A stretch of DNA of 64,000 nucleotides from positions 1,792,001 through 1,856,000 of the forward strand of contig OZ244048.1 of assembly GCA_965215265.1 (NCBI GenBank), in the 5' to 3' direction. Under the pieces are notes generated by a model, which worked only from the letters and a program-made list of their open reading frames with translations, searched no databases and had not been told where the DNA came from. Positions 17,747 to 28,297 of the stretch are shown here, one piece after another (within the stretch, counting starts at the first letter, position 1; each line of letters starts with the position of its first letter). The stretch is from Candidatus Poribacteria bacterium. GTDB lineage: Bacteria; Poribacteria; WGA-4E; WGA-3G. The position numbers and the translations under genes were made by a program.

Positions 17747-19720
17747 ATGAAACAAAATCAAAGACATTTTCAGTCATTGCCCGGTGACAACGGTTTTACG
17801 ACGTGGGCCCTGCCGGAAGGGGCTACAGGTCTATTTGGACAAGGCGATGTATTGGATATGGCATACTCCCCAGATGGCAAGTATCTCGCTGTAGCGACCT
17901 CTATTGGCTTGTGGTGGTATGAATTATCCACGATGTCTCCCGTGGATCTGTGGAATACGGGACAAAGGGTAATTTCCACTATATCCTTTTCCTCTGACAG
18001 TAAATGGATTGCCACAGGGGCATCTGATGGAAGCATCAAGGTGTGGGATGTTTCAAGCCGCGTCTGCATCACGCAGGTAACACGATGGAAGCAACAGAAA
18101 CAAAATCAACTGTTGCATCAAAATGAGATTTCTTGTATCACCTTCTCATCCGACAATCAACGAATTGCTGTGTCCGGCAAGCGCGATTATATCGTTGACC
18201 TATGGCACCCTGAAACCGGTGAACGATTTGGGGAAATCAACGGCGATTCTCAAATAGAACTACGACAGTACTGTGGACTTACCCGACCTGTTGCTTTTTC
18301 ACCTGACAGTCAACTGCTTGCATGTTTAAGCCCACACGGCACAAATAATCCAACGTCACCCGAAGCCGAATTCATCTCGGTGTGGGCTATTTCTAGCGGT
18401 GAGTGTGTCGCGACGCTTAACAAATATACTCCCGGTTCTATGTGGTATTCCCTCTGTTTTTCGCCTTGTGGCAGTTACCTTATTGCCAGCGGCAATGTAG
18501 AGGATAAAGTGCAGATATGGGATGCAAGCAGTTGGGAACAGATTAGAACGCTTCCAGATTATGGGGCAAATTGGATAATACCTTCTTATTCTCCTAAGAC
18601 GGTTCTGCATGTAGCGGCGATGTTTGATGATACCAATACCATCGACGTGTGGGACGTAGAACACTCTCAGAAACTCTGGACTTGCCAGACCCCTAAGGAA
18701 ATTTCTGATGTCCTATTTTTTAATGGGACACAGTTAGCAGTAAATAGTGGACTTGAATTTAAAGTGTGGGCAGTTAAAAATAACCAACCCCGGACTATAC
18801 ATCATACACACCTCTCCTTAGTTCACTCGCTAGAGTTTTCATCTGATGGGAAAACTCTAGCGTGTGGATATAGGCGTGATGGAATTCTACTATGGAATAT
18901 TGACATTCCTTCACACCCGCAAAGCGTTTTCAAGCCGCCTGGTATAAAACATCATGTTTGCGCGTTCACCAATGAAAAAATCTATACCGCATGTGTTGAC
19001 GAAAACACCATTAAGGTATGGGAAGTTGGAGGTAGTGCACCTTTTGCCCAAATCACACCAGAGAATCCGCCAACGTATTCGGCATTTGCATTCGCACCTG
19101 TAACCAACCTCCTTGCCTCCGGGGATGACGAAGGCACCGTGAGAGTCTGGGATGTAACACGAGGAGTGCTGCTCTATACCTTCACAAAGCACACCACCAC
19201 AATGCTACGTTTAGTGTTTAGCCTTGATGGGAAATTCCTTGCGAGTTTTGCAAACTACGGACCCGATGCCCGACTCTGGAATATTGAAAGTGGACAGGAA
19301 ATTTCCAATTTTCCAGGAGATCGCATTGAAACGATTGCCTTTTCGCCTTGTGGGACCTTGATTGCCGCTGACACAGAAAAAGAAATTCTTGTGTGGGATA
19401 TCACCTCTTCTGAAACCCAACTCACAATCCCTAAACCAGAAGAGTGGATGGATAATGGCCTCTGGCAGCTTGCGTTTGCTTTTTCACCAGACGGTCGATA
19501 CTTGGCTTCAGGTTCGTGCTGCGATTTAGGTATGGTGAAAATACCTGTGCGGTTATGGGACATGGCAACAGGCGAGAATCTTGCTACTTTCTGGGGGCAC
19601 ACAAGGAGTATTTCCGCGCTCTCCTTTTCACCGGATGGGATGCTTTTGGCAAGTGGGAGTGATGACGGCACCATCCTCTTGTGGGATATGAAGCCTTACA
19701 TACAACATGAAACGTCATGA
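17747..19720 (+). CDS. WD40-repeat protein (copy 2)
   Basis: WALPEGATGLFGQG, WD repeats, C-terminal GTILLWDMKPYIQHETS overlapping the permease start. Confidence 0.92.
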   Translation: MKQNQRHFQSLPGDNGFTTWALPEGATGLFGQGDVLDMAYSPDGKYLAVATSIGLWWYELSTMSPVDLWNTGQRVISTISFSSDSKWIATGASDGSIKVWDVSSRVCITQVTRWKQQKQNQLLHQNEISCITFSSDNQRIAVSGKRDYIVDLWHPETGERFGEINGDSQIELRQYCGLTRPVAFSPDSQLLACLSPHGTNNPTSPEAEFISVWAISSGECVATLNKYTPGSMWYSLCFSPCGSYLIASGNVEDKVQIWDASSWEQIRTLPDYGANWIIPSYSPKTVLHVAAMFDDTNTIDVWDVEHSQKLWTCQTPKEISDVLFFNGTQLAVNSGLEFKVWAVKNNQPRTIHHTHLSLVHSLEFSSDGKTLACGYRRDGILLWNIDIPSHPQSVFKPPGIKHHVCAFTNEKIYTACVDENTIKVWEVGGSAPFAQITPENPPTYSAFAFAPVTNLLASGDDEGTVRVWDVTRGVLLYTFTKHTTTMLRLVFSLDGKFLASFANYGPDARLWNIESGQEISNFPGDRIETIAFSPCGTLIAADTEKEILVWDITSSETQLTIPKPEEWMDNGLWQLAFAFSPDGRYLASGSCCDLGMVKIPVRLWDMATGENLATFWGHTRSISALSFSPDGMLLASGSDDGTILLWDMKPYIQHETS

Positions 19721-20969
19721 CGCGATTGCCGCTGGAATTGCACATCTGGCACAAAATCGGTTACGCGCTGGGTTATCTATCCTCGGCATCTTCATCGGGA
19801 TTACGAGTGTACTTTGCATGATAGCCATCGGCAATGGGGCGAAAAAAATCATCGCAGATGGTCTGGAAACGCTTGGCGGTGTAGACCAAGTGCAATTCCG
19901 AAACATTTATAGAACTTACCGAAGAGGCCGCTGGCAGCGAATAACCGAACGCCTCAAATTCGACGATGCACTCGCAATTGAAGCTGAATGTCCAAATATC
20001 CGATTTGTCTTGCCGAAAAATGAACGCTACAGTGTTTTTGTCACCCGGCAAGAAGGCAGCCAAGCTTACCCGATTCTGGAAGGTGTCACAGCAGACTACG
20101 CTCTCGGAATGCACTGGCGTGTCCAAGAAGGCCGATTTCTTTCAGAAAATGATATTATCCAAGCGATGCAAGTCTGTGTTTTGGGTGCCGACGTTGCTAC
20201 GGAGTTGTTTGGAGAAATGAAACCGATTGGGCAAGAGGTGAAGATTCGGTATTATTGGCGGCAAACACCCGTCCGGATGCGTGTTGTGGGGGTGATGAAA
20301 CCTAAGGGCCAAGGGGTTAACTCTACTTGGACACTTGATAATGTCATCTGTGTGCCCTTGACGACGCACCAACAGCGGCTTTCAGGCTATTCTTATGTAG
20401 AACGCATTACGGTTTTCACCCAAAAGTCTGTGGACATGTCTGCGGTTATTGCCTCAGCGCGTGCGGTGATTCGCAAAAGACATCGTAACCGAGACGATTT
20501 TGTCTCCCATTGGGTCCCCACAGGCACAGTGAAAAGGCTAGAACATATCCAAAGGGTGATAAAAATTGCCTTGGGTGGGATAGCAGGTTTCTCGTTGTTT
20601 GTGAGTGGTATCGGTATCATGAACATCTGCCTCGTCTCGGTAGGGGAAAAGACGCGTGAGATAGGGTTGCGAAAGGCGGTTGGGGCGAAACGGATTGATA
20701 TTTTCTGGCAATTCTTAGCTGAGTCGATATGTCTCTGTATGTGTGGTGGCACCCTCGGTATTGCGGGCGGCTGGTTGGCGGCACACGGCATGGCAGAGCT
20801 TGCTGTCCACATTGTGCCGATTGTGCCGGTGTGGCCTGTCGTGCTTTCTTTGCCGTGGCTATTCACGGCTATTCTGTTTTCATTTTTCATGGGTATGAGT
20901 TTTGGTGTCTACCCGGCGATGCGGGCGGCACGACTAGCCCCGATGGACGCACTTCGAACAGAGAACTAG
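19707..20969 (+). CDS. MacB/FtsX-like ABC transporter permease (copy 1)
   Basis: RAGLSILGIFIG, periplasmic core, GIGIMNI..VSVGEKTREIGLRKAVGA, YPAMRAARLAP. Confidence 0.93.
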   Translation: MKRHDAIAAGIAHLAQNRLRAGLSILGIFIGITSVLCMIAIGNGAKKIIADGLETLGGVDQVQFRNIYRTYRRGRWQRITERLKFDDALAIEAECPNIRFVLPKNERYSVFVTRQEGSQAYPILEGVTADYALGMHWRVQEGRFLSENDIIQAMQVCVLGADVATELFGEMKPIGQEVKIRYYWRQTPVRMRVVGVMKPKGQGVNSTWTLDNVICVPLTTHQQRLSGYSYVERITVFTQKSVDMSAVIASARAVIRKRHRNRDDFVSHWVPTGTVKRLEHIQRVIKIALGGIAGFSLFVSGIGIMNICLVSVGEKTREIGLRKAVGAKRIDIFWQFLAESICLCMCGGTLGIAGGWLAAHGMAELAVHIVPIVPVWPVVLSLPWLFTAILFSFFMGMSFGVYPAMRAARLAPMDALRTEN

Positions 20970-21016
20970 GACAGAGTAGTACTCAGGGGTTCGCTCCCCC
21001 TGCAGAGAAACAAGAT

Positions 21017-21352
21017 CTTTTCGTATATCTCCGTACCATCAAGGTTTTTTGTATATTTAAGCCCTATAAACGTTTTTGTTTTGATCGCTCGTGTATAAAT
21101 CTCGTTTTTTTGTATCTCTTGGTACCATCAAGGGTTATGTATTGTTAAATCCGATGTTGGCAGGTTCGGTATTCTTTATCTCTCCGTCAGGAGAGATAAG
21201 ATTACCTTATCCTGCCAATCTATAGATAAATCTCGTCGGAGGTTAACTAGGTAATGTCTTTAAAAATCTAAACATCAGAACCCTCTGGCGAGATTTGTAA
21301 AGGGTTTAACATTGCAGCAGCCTTGTTGCGGGCTGCACTATACGAAAAAAGG
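21017..21352 (-). repeat. Composite family-A cluster with nested family-B hairpin (21158-21227)
   Basis: Three A-end fragments (tttt[c/t]gtat...), tggcagg...cctgcca-atctatagat, then an A core. Confidence 0.85.
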
Positions 21353-21845
21353 CACAACTGCCCTTAGGTTTTATAAGAGTCTGCCTGGTTGTCGTTGTTG
21401 AAAACGCAGATGCTTAGCGATGCATGGGTGTATTGAAGAGATAATAATAGGCTATGACGATAATGGAATCCTTTGGTGATTATTCAGATAAAAAAACAGC
21501 ATTTTGAACCTGAACGGAAAATCTGTCTAATATTTAGATTCATTGCAAAAAAAATTGCATTTCTCATTGTGTTTTCGTATATCTCCGTACCCTCAACGTC
21601 TATGTTTTTGATAGCCTGCAATGGCGATTGTCCAGAATACGAGGATTATTAAAACTGTATCCAAACTGTCACCTAAAGGGTTCTCAGTGTTCTGAAATCG
21701 CTTTGCTCCGTTTTTTCTTTCAAAACCTTGTGATTTCGTGTTATTCTAGTGTCCTAAACTGATCTGGCTGTACAAATCGGGGCAGTTTGGTATAAAGTGG
21801 CAGCTTAGGTAGGCTGTAATTCCCTGAGAAAAGCATCTAACGCAA

Positions 21846-23798
21846 ATGATAAACCGTGCTTCCAATAGCAAAAGTACCAGGTGGGCATTACCGAACGGGG
21901 CAATGGGTCGATTAGGCCGTGGGATTGTGGATGATTTAGCATTCTCACCCGATGGCTGCTATCTTGCTGTTGGTACCTCTGTAGGACTTTGGTTGTATGA
22001 ACTGTCCACACTACTGCCTATTGCTCTCTGGGAAACAGAGCGCGGGTTAGTTTCCGCGCTCGCTTTCTCACAAACTGGAGAATGGATTGCAACAGGAAAT
22101 TGGGATGGTGCGGCTAAGATCTTGGATGCACAAAGTGGTAGATGCGTCACTAAAATCGCTAGAGGTACAAGGCGAGCGGCTATTTCCACCCTCGCCTTCT
22201 CTCCGACTAAACGCTATCTCGCTGCATCTTCAAGACAGGACGATGTAGTTTACGTCTGGCACTCTGAAACGGGTACACAAATTGCGAAGTTTTCACAAGA
22301 ACGGAAAAATAGGGGGCGGATGCCGACTAGAGCCCTGACCTTTTCGCCTGATGGGAATCTGCTCGCATGTGTAAGTGATAAAGAACCTGATGGCATAGGA
22401 GAAAGCATCAAAGTATGGGAATTAGAAACTGGCAAATGCATTGCCTTACTCCTTGGACATGTTTCTTTTGTCTATGCAATCTCTTTTTCACCATGCGGGC
22501 GTTTCCTCGCTTCCGGTGGACGTGACTTGACGGTTAGAATATGGGATGTGACACAAGGACAATTAAAGGAGGTCCATTCTTATTATGGTCTCCATCGCAT
22601 GCTACCAGCCTATTCCCGTGATGGAGTTCTATATGCAGCAGGGGTGGCTGATAACACGATATCAGTGTGGAATTTGACACTTGGTGAAAAACTCACTACC
22701 TTCAAACATCAAGGGACTATCCGTGTTGTCCGTTTTTCGGATAATCGGTTTCGATTGGCTGTATCTGGCAGGTACGATTTTAAAATATGGGATGCGAATA
22801 ATCCTGATGATGTCTCTTCTGTTTCCGGACACGACCGGTCACATATCCCCTATTTTTTGAGGTTTTCCGCCAATGGGAAGATACTTGCAAGTGCTGGGCG
22901 CGGACCTGCTATTTGCTGGAATGTTGTGCAGAAACAACCACAACGAACCTTGCTTCGCCCAAAAGCAGCAATCCAATCTCTCTATATTTCCGCCGATGGA
23001 AACATACACGCGTTGGGTAGTAAAGGAAACATGTGCTACCTATGGGATGTGGTAACTGATGAAACAATGGCTACGCTTATTGTACACGAAAAAGTTGGAT
23101 ACGCAGTAGCAGTAGCACCAATAGGTGAACCTTGGGCGAGTGCGGACATAGGTGGAAAACTGTACGTATGGAACAGTAACGGAAAACAGACAGTGCTTAT
23201 TGGGCATACTGCTACAATAGCTGCCCTTGACTTCGCGCCGGACGGAAAGCAACTCGCGAGTGCCTCAAGGGATAAAACAGCACGGATATGGGATGTCGCG
23301 TCTGGTGAAGAGATTACCTCGCTTGCCTTAACACCGCTGTTAGATACTACCTTGTATAAAGGAGATGTACATCAACTCCAAAAACGGTGTAAATCGTTAG
23401 CCAAAGCTGCATCGTCACAGAACCCAAAGCCTATTGAAGCAATCGCTTTTTCATCGCACGGAGAGCACATCGCCGGTGGACTCTGGCGCGAGATACGCTT
23501 ATGGGATGCAACAACGTATAAACCTTGTATGGCAATCTTGCTACCAGAAGGGTGTCAGCGTCCGTATGCGTTAGCGTTTTCGCCGTGTGGACGCTATCTC
23601 GCCTCTGGTGCTTGGTGGCAAGGCACGGAGAAAGTCTCCATCCGGTTATGGGAAGTGGCCACGGGTGAAAATATCGCCACCTTCTGGGGACACCCGACGG
23701 ATGTCCAAGACTTAGCGTTTTCACCGGATGGCACGTTGTTGGCGAGTGGGAGTTTTGATGGCACCATCCTCTTGTGGGATATGAAGCCTTATCTATAG
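21846..23798 (+). CDS. WD40-repeat protein (copy 3)
   Basis: WALPNGAMGRLGRG, WD repeats, C-terminal GTILLWDMKPYL. Confidence 0.92.
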   Translation: MINRASNSKSTRWALPNGAMGRLGRGIVDDLAFSPDGCYLAVGTSVGLWLYELSTLLPIALWETERGLVSALAFSQTGEWIATGNWDGAAKILDAQSGRCVTKIARGTRRAAISTLAFSPTKRYLAASSRQDDVVYVWHSETGTQIAKFSQERKNRGRMPTRALTFSPDGNLLACVSDKEPDGIGESIKVWELETGKCIALLLGHVSFVYAISFSPCGRFLASGGRDLTVRIWDVTQGQLKEVHSYYGLHRMLPAYSRDGVLYAAGVADNTISVWNLTLGEKLTTFKHQGTIRVVRFSDNRFRLAVSGRYDFKIWDANNPDDVSSVSGHDRSHIPYFLRFSANGKILASAGRGPAICWNVVQKQPQRTLLRPKAAIQSLYISADGNIHALGSKGNMCYLWDVVTDETMATLIVHEKVGYAVAVAPIGEPWASADIGGKLYVWNSNGKQTVLIGHTATIAALDFAPDGKQLASASRDKTARIWDVASGEEITSLALTPLLDTTLYKGDVHQLQKRCKSLAKAASSQNPKPIEAIAFSSHGEHIAGGLWREIRLWDATTYKPCMAILLPEGCQRPYALAFSPCGRYLASGAWWQGTEKVSIRLWEVATGENIATFWGHPTDVQDLAFSPDGTLLASGSFDGTILLWDMKPYL

Positions 23799-23799
23799 T

Positions 23800-24137
23800 A
23801 TGAAACGTCATGACGCGACATCTCATCTGCACATCTGGCTTTCACTGGCGGTGTTATTTTCGCGGGTGCGTTTGATGGGTTTGTTGTAAAAACGGAAGCC
23901 ACGAGCTGCTGTGGTGGAGGAACAGATGTTTCTCTTTCCTTTACCAATGGTTGTGGAAGTTGTGACGCTGACGATTGTTCGTGCAGCTCATCAAGCGGAT
24001 GCAATGGTACTCGCGGATGTACGGATACTAGCAGTCAAGGCTGTCTGGATGCGAATGGAGTAAACCAGTGTGGAGGTAAGTGTTCAAATCAGTGTGGTGC
24101 TACGAGCGACTGCAGCACTACAAGTCCCTATCATTAA
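23800..24137 (+). pseudogene. Cys-rich secreted-type peptide gene with out-of-frame start (not in the ORF track)
   Basis: Stop-free frame 23814-24137: ...AHLAFTGGVIFAGAFDGFVVKTEATSCCGGGTDVSLSFTNGCGSCDADDCSCSSSSGCNGTRGCTDTSSQGCLDANGVNQCGGKCSNQCGATSDCSTTSPYH (13 Cys); ATGs at 23800 and 23810 are in other frames. Confidence 0.7.
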
Positions 24138-24244
24138 TGTGTGTTGCCAGCAGCCTCGCCTAATTTATGATTCAGGCGCGTGAGCAACCTCTCTGACTTA
24201 GCCTAATCCAAGGAAGGTTTTCTATAAGCCTATTCTTACGTTTG

Positions 24245-24430
24245 GTTTTTTGTAGATTTCAGCACGACAAAGGCTGATGTGGCAGGATAGGTATTCTTTT
24301 TCTGTCCATGAGAAAAGATTACCTTTTACCTGCCATCTATAGATTTTGGTAAAACCTTTACAAATCTCGTCTGAGGGTCCCGATGTTTTGATTCAAAACA
24401 TCAAACGGCTCTCACGAAATTTGTGCTGTT
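24245..24430 (+). repeat. Family-A fragments with nested family-B hairpin (24280-24335)
   Basis: tggcaggataggtattc...accttttacctgcca-tctatagat; aaatctcgtctgag. Confidence 0.75.
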
Positions 24431-24495
24431 GAATGGTTATTATAAAATCCGTTTTTGTTGTGCTGGTGTAATTATGAAAAAGGGGAGAGACTTTT

Positions 24496-26521
24496 ATGCA
24501 ATGGAAAAATCTATTCACCTCGGTACAGTTGCCTGAGAGTGCTAGTCATCGGGCCACATTGGCACTCCCAGAGGGAACGATTGCCCGGCTCGGGCAAGGC
24601 ACTGTAGAAGACGTGGTCTTTACGCCGGACGGTACCGCTCTGATAGTTGGTACTAGTATAGGGCTGTGGTGGTATGAACTTGAATCCCAGTCACCCAATG
24701 CCTTGCAAGAAACCGAACAAGGAGGCGTTTATACGCTCTCCATTTCTAGAAATAATCGGTGGATTGCCACCGGGTCCGGAAACAATCGTTTGAAAATGTG
24801 GGATATGCACCGTGGTATGCATGTCGCATGGGAAGATTGCCAGAATAAGTTTCATGCAAGATGCGCTTCTACATTTGCCCCGGATGGACAACGTTTTGCT
24901 GTTTTTGCCAGAGACATTGATACTGTCTATCTCGTGCATCCAGCAACGGGGATGCAATCCGCCGCTTTTGGAAGCAGCAGCCCGATACGTACGCGCCGCC
25001 GGGCTGTGAGCCCGCTAGTTTTTTCAGTTGATAGTCAACTGTTAGCGGTTGTGAGTCCAAGAGATATAGATGCATCTAGCGACATTGTCTCTGTGTGGCA
25101 TGTGGAGAGTGGTGAACGCATCGCTGGCTTCACGAAATATCCTGACTTTGTGTACGGTCTCTGCTTTTCGCCGTGTGGACGGTACCTTGCTGTCGGGTGT
25201 TTCAGTGGAATCTTGAGGGTCTGGGATATCTACACAGGAAAATTGGAGATGGCACGCACCGATTTTGGGCGATATCGAATACTTCCAAACTATTTGCCGG
25301 ATGGACAACTGATTGCTACTGGGCTTTATCAGGCATACAATCAAAAGCCTATAGACGTATGGGCGGTAGAAAAAAGCGAGAAACTGGCGGAACTTGACAT
25401 TCATGGACACGTCAAATTTGCTCGTTTTTTCGGAGGCTGGGACACACTTGGCCGTTGCTAGTGACTCTGGCGACATCAAAATCTGGAAAACCGATAGGCT
25501 GATTACCCCGGTTTCAGCCATTTATCATTACACTGGAGTTGCCAGTTCCTTGGGCTTTACGTCGGATAGCAAAATGTTGGTAGCGGCCTATTGGTATGAT
25601 AGCATACGGATATGGAATCTTGAAAAGCAACAGTCCCAGTATCCGCTTGAAACGAAGGCACTCTCGAAATATAGTTTTTTGCAGGTGTCAACTGGTTCTG
25701 AGCTCTTCTTTATAGGAGTCAGTGAGAATACCATCAAGGTATGGAAGGTTGGAAACAGTAAAGTTCCTGTTGCCAAGTTTTCGACAGATGAAAATGTGTG
25801 GTGGCGAGCCGTAGCGTTATCCCCAAAAACTGACCTGTTAGTAAGCGGGTTCAGAAATGGGCGGCTCCTCGTCTGGGATGTACGAACTGGAGATAAATTA
25901 CAGACGCTTACAACAGATACAATTGGAATTCGGGCAGTAGTGTTTTTAGCAGATGGAAAACGGCTTGCGATGACTTCACGAAATGCAACTCAAATCTGGG
26001 ATATTGAGACAGGAAAACAGAGTAGAATCTTACCAGAATCCCCCGTGTTAGATGGAGATATGTATAAAGGGAAAACTCACGACATTCAAGAGAGACTAAA
26101 AGCACTGTCAAAAGGAAATAAATGTCTCTGTTCTCGCTCTATTCAAACACTCTATTCTTCGCCGTGTGGTAAGTTCATTGGTGGTGGGATGCCAGAAGAA
26201 ATCCTACTGTGGAATACTACAACTTATGAAATATGTATGGTTTTACTCCTACCAGCGGGGCAGAGACATCAGTCTGCGTTGACATTTTCGCGTTGTGGGC
26301 GGTACCTTGCTTTTGACACAACGGATGTAGGAACCGCGGAGGTGTCCATCATGGTATGGGAAGTGGCCACGGGTGAAAATATCGCCACCTTCTGGGGACA
26401 CCCGACGGATGTCCAAGACTTAGCATTTTCACCAGATGGCACGTTGTTGGCAAGTGGGAGTTATGATGGCACCATCCTATTGTGGGATATGAAGCCTTAC
26501 ATACAACATGAAACGTCATGA
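24496..26521 (+). pseudogene. WD40-repeat protein (copy 4), split by one extra T in a T6 run at 25425-25430
   Basis: ORFs 24496..25461 and 25394..26521 join as KFARFSEAGTHLAV if one T is removed; same LPEG N-terminus and DMKPYIQHETS C-terminus as copy 2. Confidence 0.85.
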
Positions 26522-27773
26522 CACGATTGCCACTGGAATTGCACATCTGGCACAAAATAGACTTCGTGCAGGATTGTCTATCCTCGGTATTTTTGTTGGG
26601 ATTGCAAGCGTGCTTTGCATGATAGCAATCGGCGACGGCGCGAAAGAAATCATAGAGAAAGACATTGAAACACTTGGAGGTGCCAACCAAGTACAATTCT
26701 GGACACGAGTCGGTTTTTGGAAACGCGGCCGGCTTATGCGCCGGACCACGGAGCGATACACCCTTGAAGACGTTTATGAGATTGAGGCAGCATGTCCAGA
26801 TGTGTTGTTTGTCTTGCCCAAAATATCTCGATACCGAGGCAGCACCACCAGTCGACACGGTGGGCAAGCACGTCCTTATGTGGAGGGTGTGACAGCAGAC
26901 TACGCCCACGGCATGCAATGGACAGTCCAACAGGGTCGTTTTTTCACGGAAGAAGAGATTGATACGGCCGCACAACTGTGTGTGCTCGGTTCCGAAGTGG
27001 CGGTAGATCTGTTTGGCGACATGCCCGCGTTAGGCCACGAGATAAAAATCAAGCTGCGCTGGCGGCAATCTCCGACCCGCTTGCGTGTTGTCGGTATCAT
27101 GGCACCCAAAGGAAGAAGCCTTCGCTACTATAGGTCCCTGGATGATATTGTCTGTGTGCCCATAACAACGCACCAGCAAAGGCTCTCAGGGCTCCGTTAC
27201 ATTGAGGGGATGAACGTCTTTTTTCAAAAGGATGCGGATGTCTACAAGGTGATTGATTCTGTGCGGCAGGTTCTTCGGACGAGACACCGTGGCACGGATG
27301 ACTTTGTGGGGTATTGGATACCGAAACGGACTGTCAAAAGGCTAGAACACATCCAAAAGGTGATAAAAATCGCTTTGGGTGGCATGGCGGGTTTCTCGTT
27401 GTTTGTGAGTGGTATCGGTATCATGAACATCTGCCTCGTCTCGGTAGGGGAAAAGACGCGTGAGATAGGGTTGCGAAAGGCGGTTGGGGCGAAACGGATT
27501 GATATTTTCTGGCAATTCTTAGCCGAGTCGATATGTCTCTGTGTATGTGGTGGAATCTTCGGTATTGCGGGCGGCTGGTGTGCGGCACACGGCATGGCCC
27601 GACTTGCCTTACGTCTCTTGCCCATTGTAGAGGAGTGGCCGGTGGTTATCTCTTTCCCATGGATACTGACTTCGGTTCTTTTTTCACTCGTGATGGGCGT
27701 AAGTTTTGGTGTCTACCCGGCGATGCGGGCGGCGCGGCTAGCCCCGATGGACGCACTTCGAACAGAGAACTAA
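26508..27773 (+). CDS. MacB/FtsX-like ABC transporter permease (copy 2)
   Basis: Same motifs as copy 1; ends MDALRTEN. Confidence 0.93.
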   Translation: MKRHDTIATGIAHLAQNRLRAGLSILGIFVGIASVLCMIAIGDGAKEIIEKDIETLGGANQVQFWTRVGFWKRGRLMRRTTERYTLEDVYEIEAACPDVLFVLPKISRYRGSTTSRHGGQARPYVEGVTADYAHGMQWTVQQGRFFTEEEIDTAAQLCVLGSEVAVDLFGDMPALGHEIKIKLRWRQSPTRLRVVGIMAPKGRSLRYYRSLDDIVCVPITTHQQRLSGLRYIEGMNVFFQKDADVYKVIDSVRQVLRTRHRGTDDFVGYWIPKRTVKRLEHIQKVIKIALGGMAGFSLFVSGIGIMNICLVSVGEKTREIGLRKAVGAKRIDIFWQFLAESICLCVCGGIFGIAGGWCAAHGMARLALRLLPIVEEWPVVISFPWILTSVLFSLVMGVSFGVYPAMRAARLAPMDALRTEN

Positions 27774-27916
27774 GGAAGCCTCATCCAGTTGAACAAAAAA
27801 AAGAAGATCGGAGATTCGCAGGAATTAGAGTCAATACATCGAATGGCTCAGACGAGATTTTCACAGTCATTGACAATACATAAGGCGTTATCGGGCTGAA
27901 ATATACAAACGAGTGG

Positions 27917-28297
27917 ATGAAGGGCACACTTTCAGACACCGCAGTTGTTGCTGCAAACTGGGACCTTGGCAGTCAACTCAACGTCCTCGGCGGTGTCAAA
28001 ACCGTCATAGATCAAGATCACTACATCCAACATTGGATACATCTCTACAACGAGCATGTCCGTGATGCCACCGATGCACGGGACACGTTAGAATTCCTAA
28101 AAACCCACGGCGCAACACATCTGATGCTAATGCAAAGACAATCTCCTGAGGCATTTCTGCAAGGTGAGCTGAGTGGTGCATTTGTGCCGGTCTACCCAAC
28201 TGAAGACTTCACCGTGGCAGATGTCAAGGTGTGGAAGATTCACTATCCACCTGACATCCAACCCCAGCCGAAATATCTCGCAACAGCACCTGAGTAA
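27917..28297 (+). pseudogene. C-terminal soluble-domain fragment of an STT3/AglB-like oligosaccharyltransferase homolog
   Basis: (EW)MKGTLSDTAVVAANWDLGSQL...KTVID resembles the WWDYG-motif region; no TM part; begins right after a family-A fragment. Confidence 0.55.

Noticed and set aside
23796-23813. Stop-codon readthrough (Sec/Pyl) fusing WD40 copy 3 to the Cys-rich frame
   Set aside because: Needs readthrough of both TAG and TGA; that TGA is simply the normal stop position of copies 2 and 4, and no SECIS-like evidence was seen
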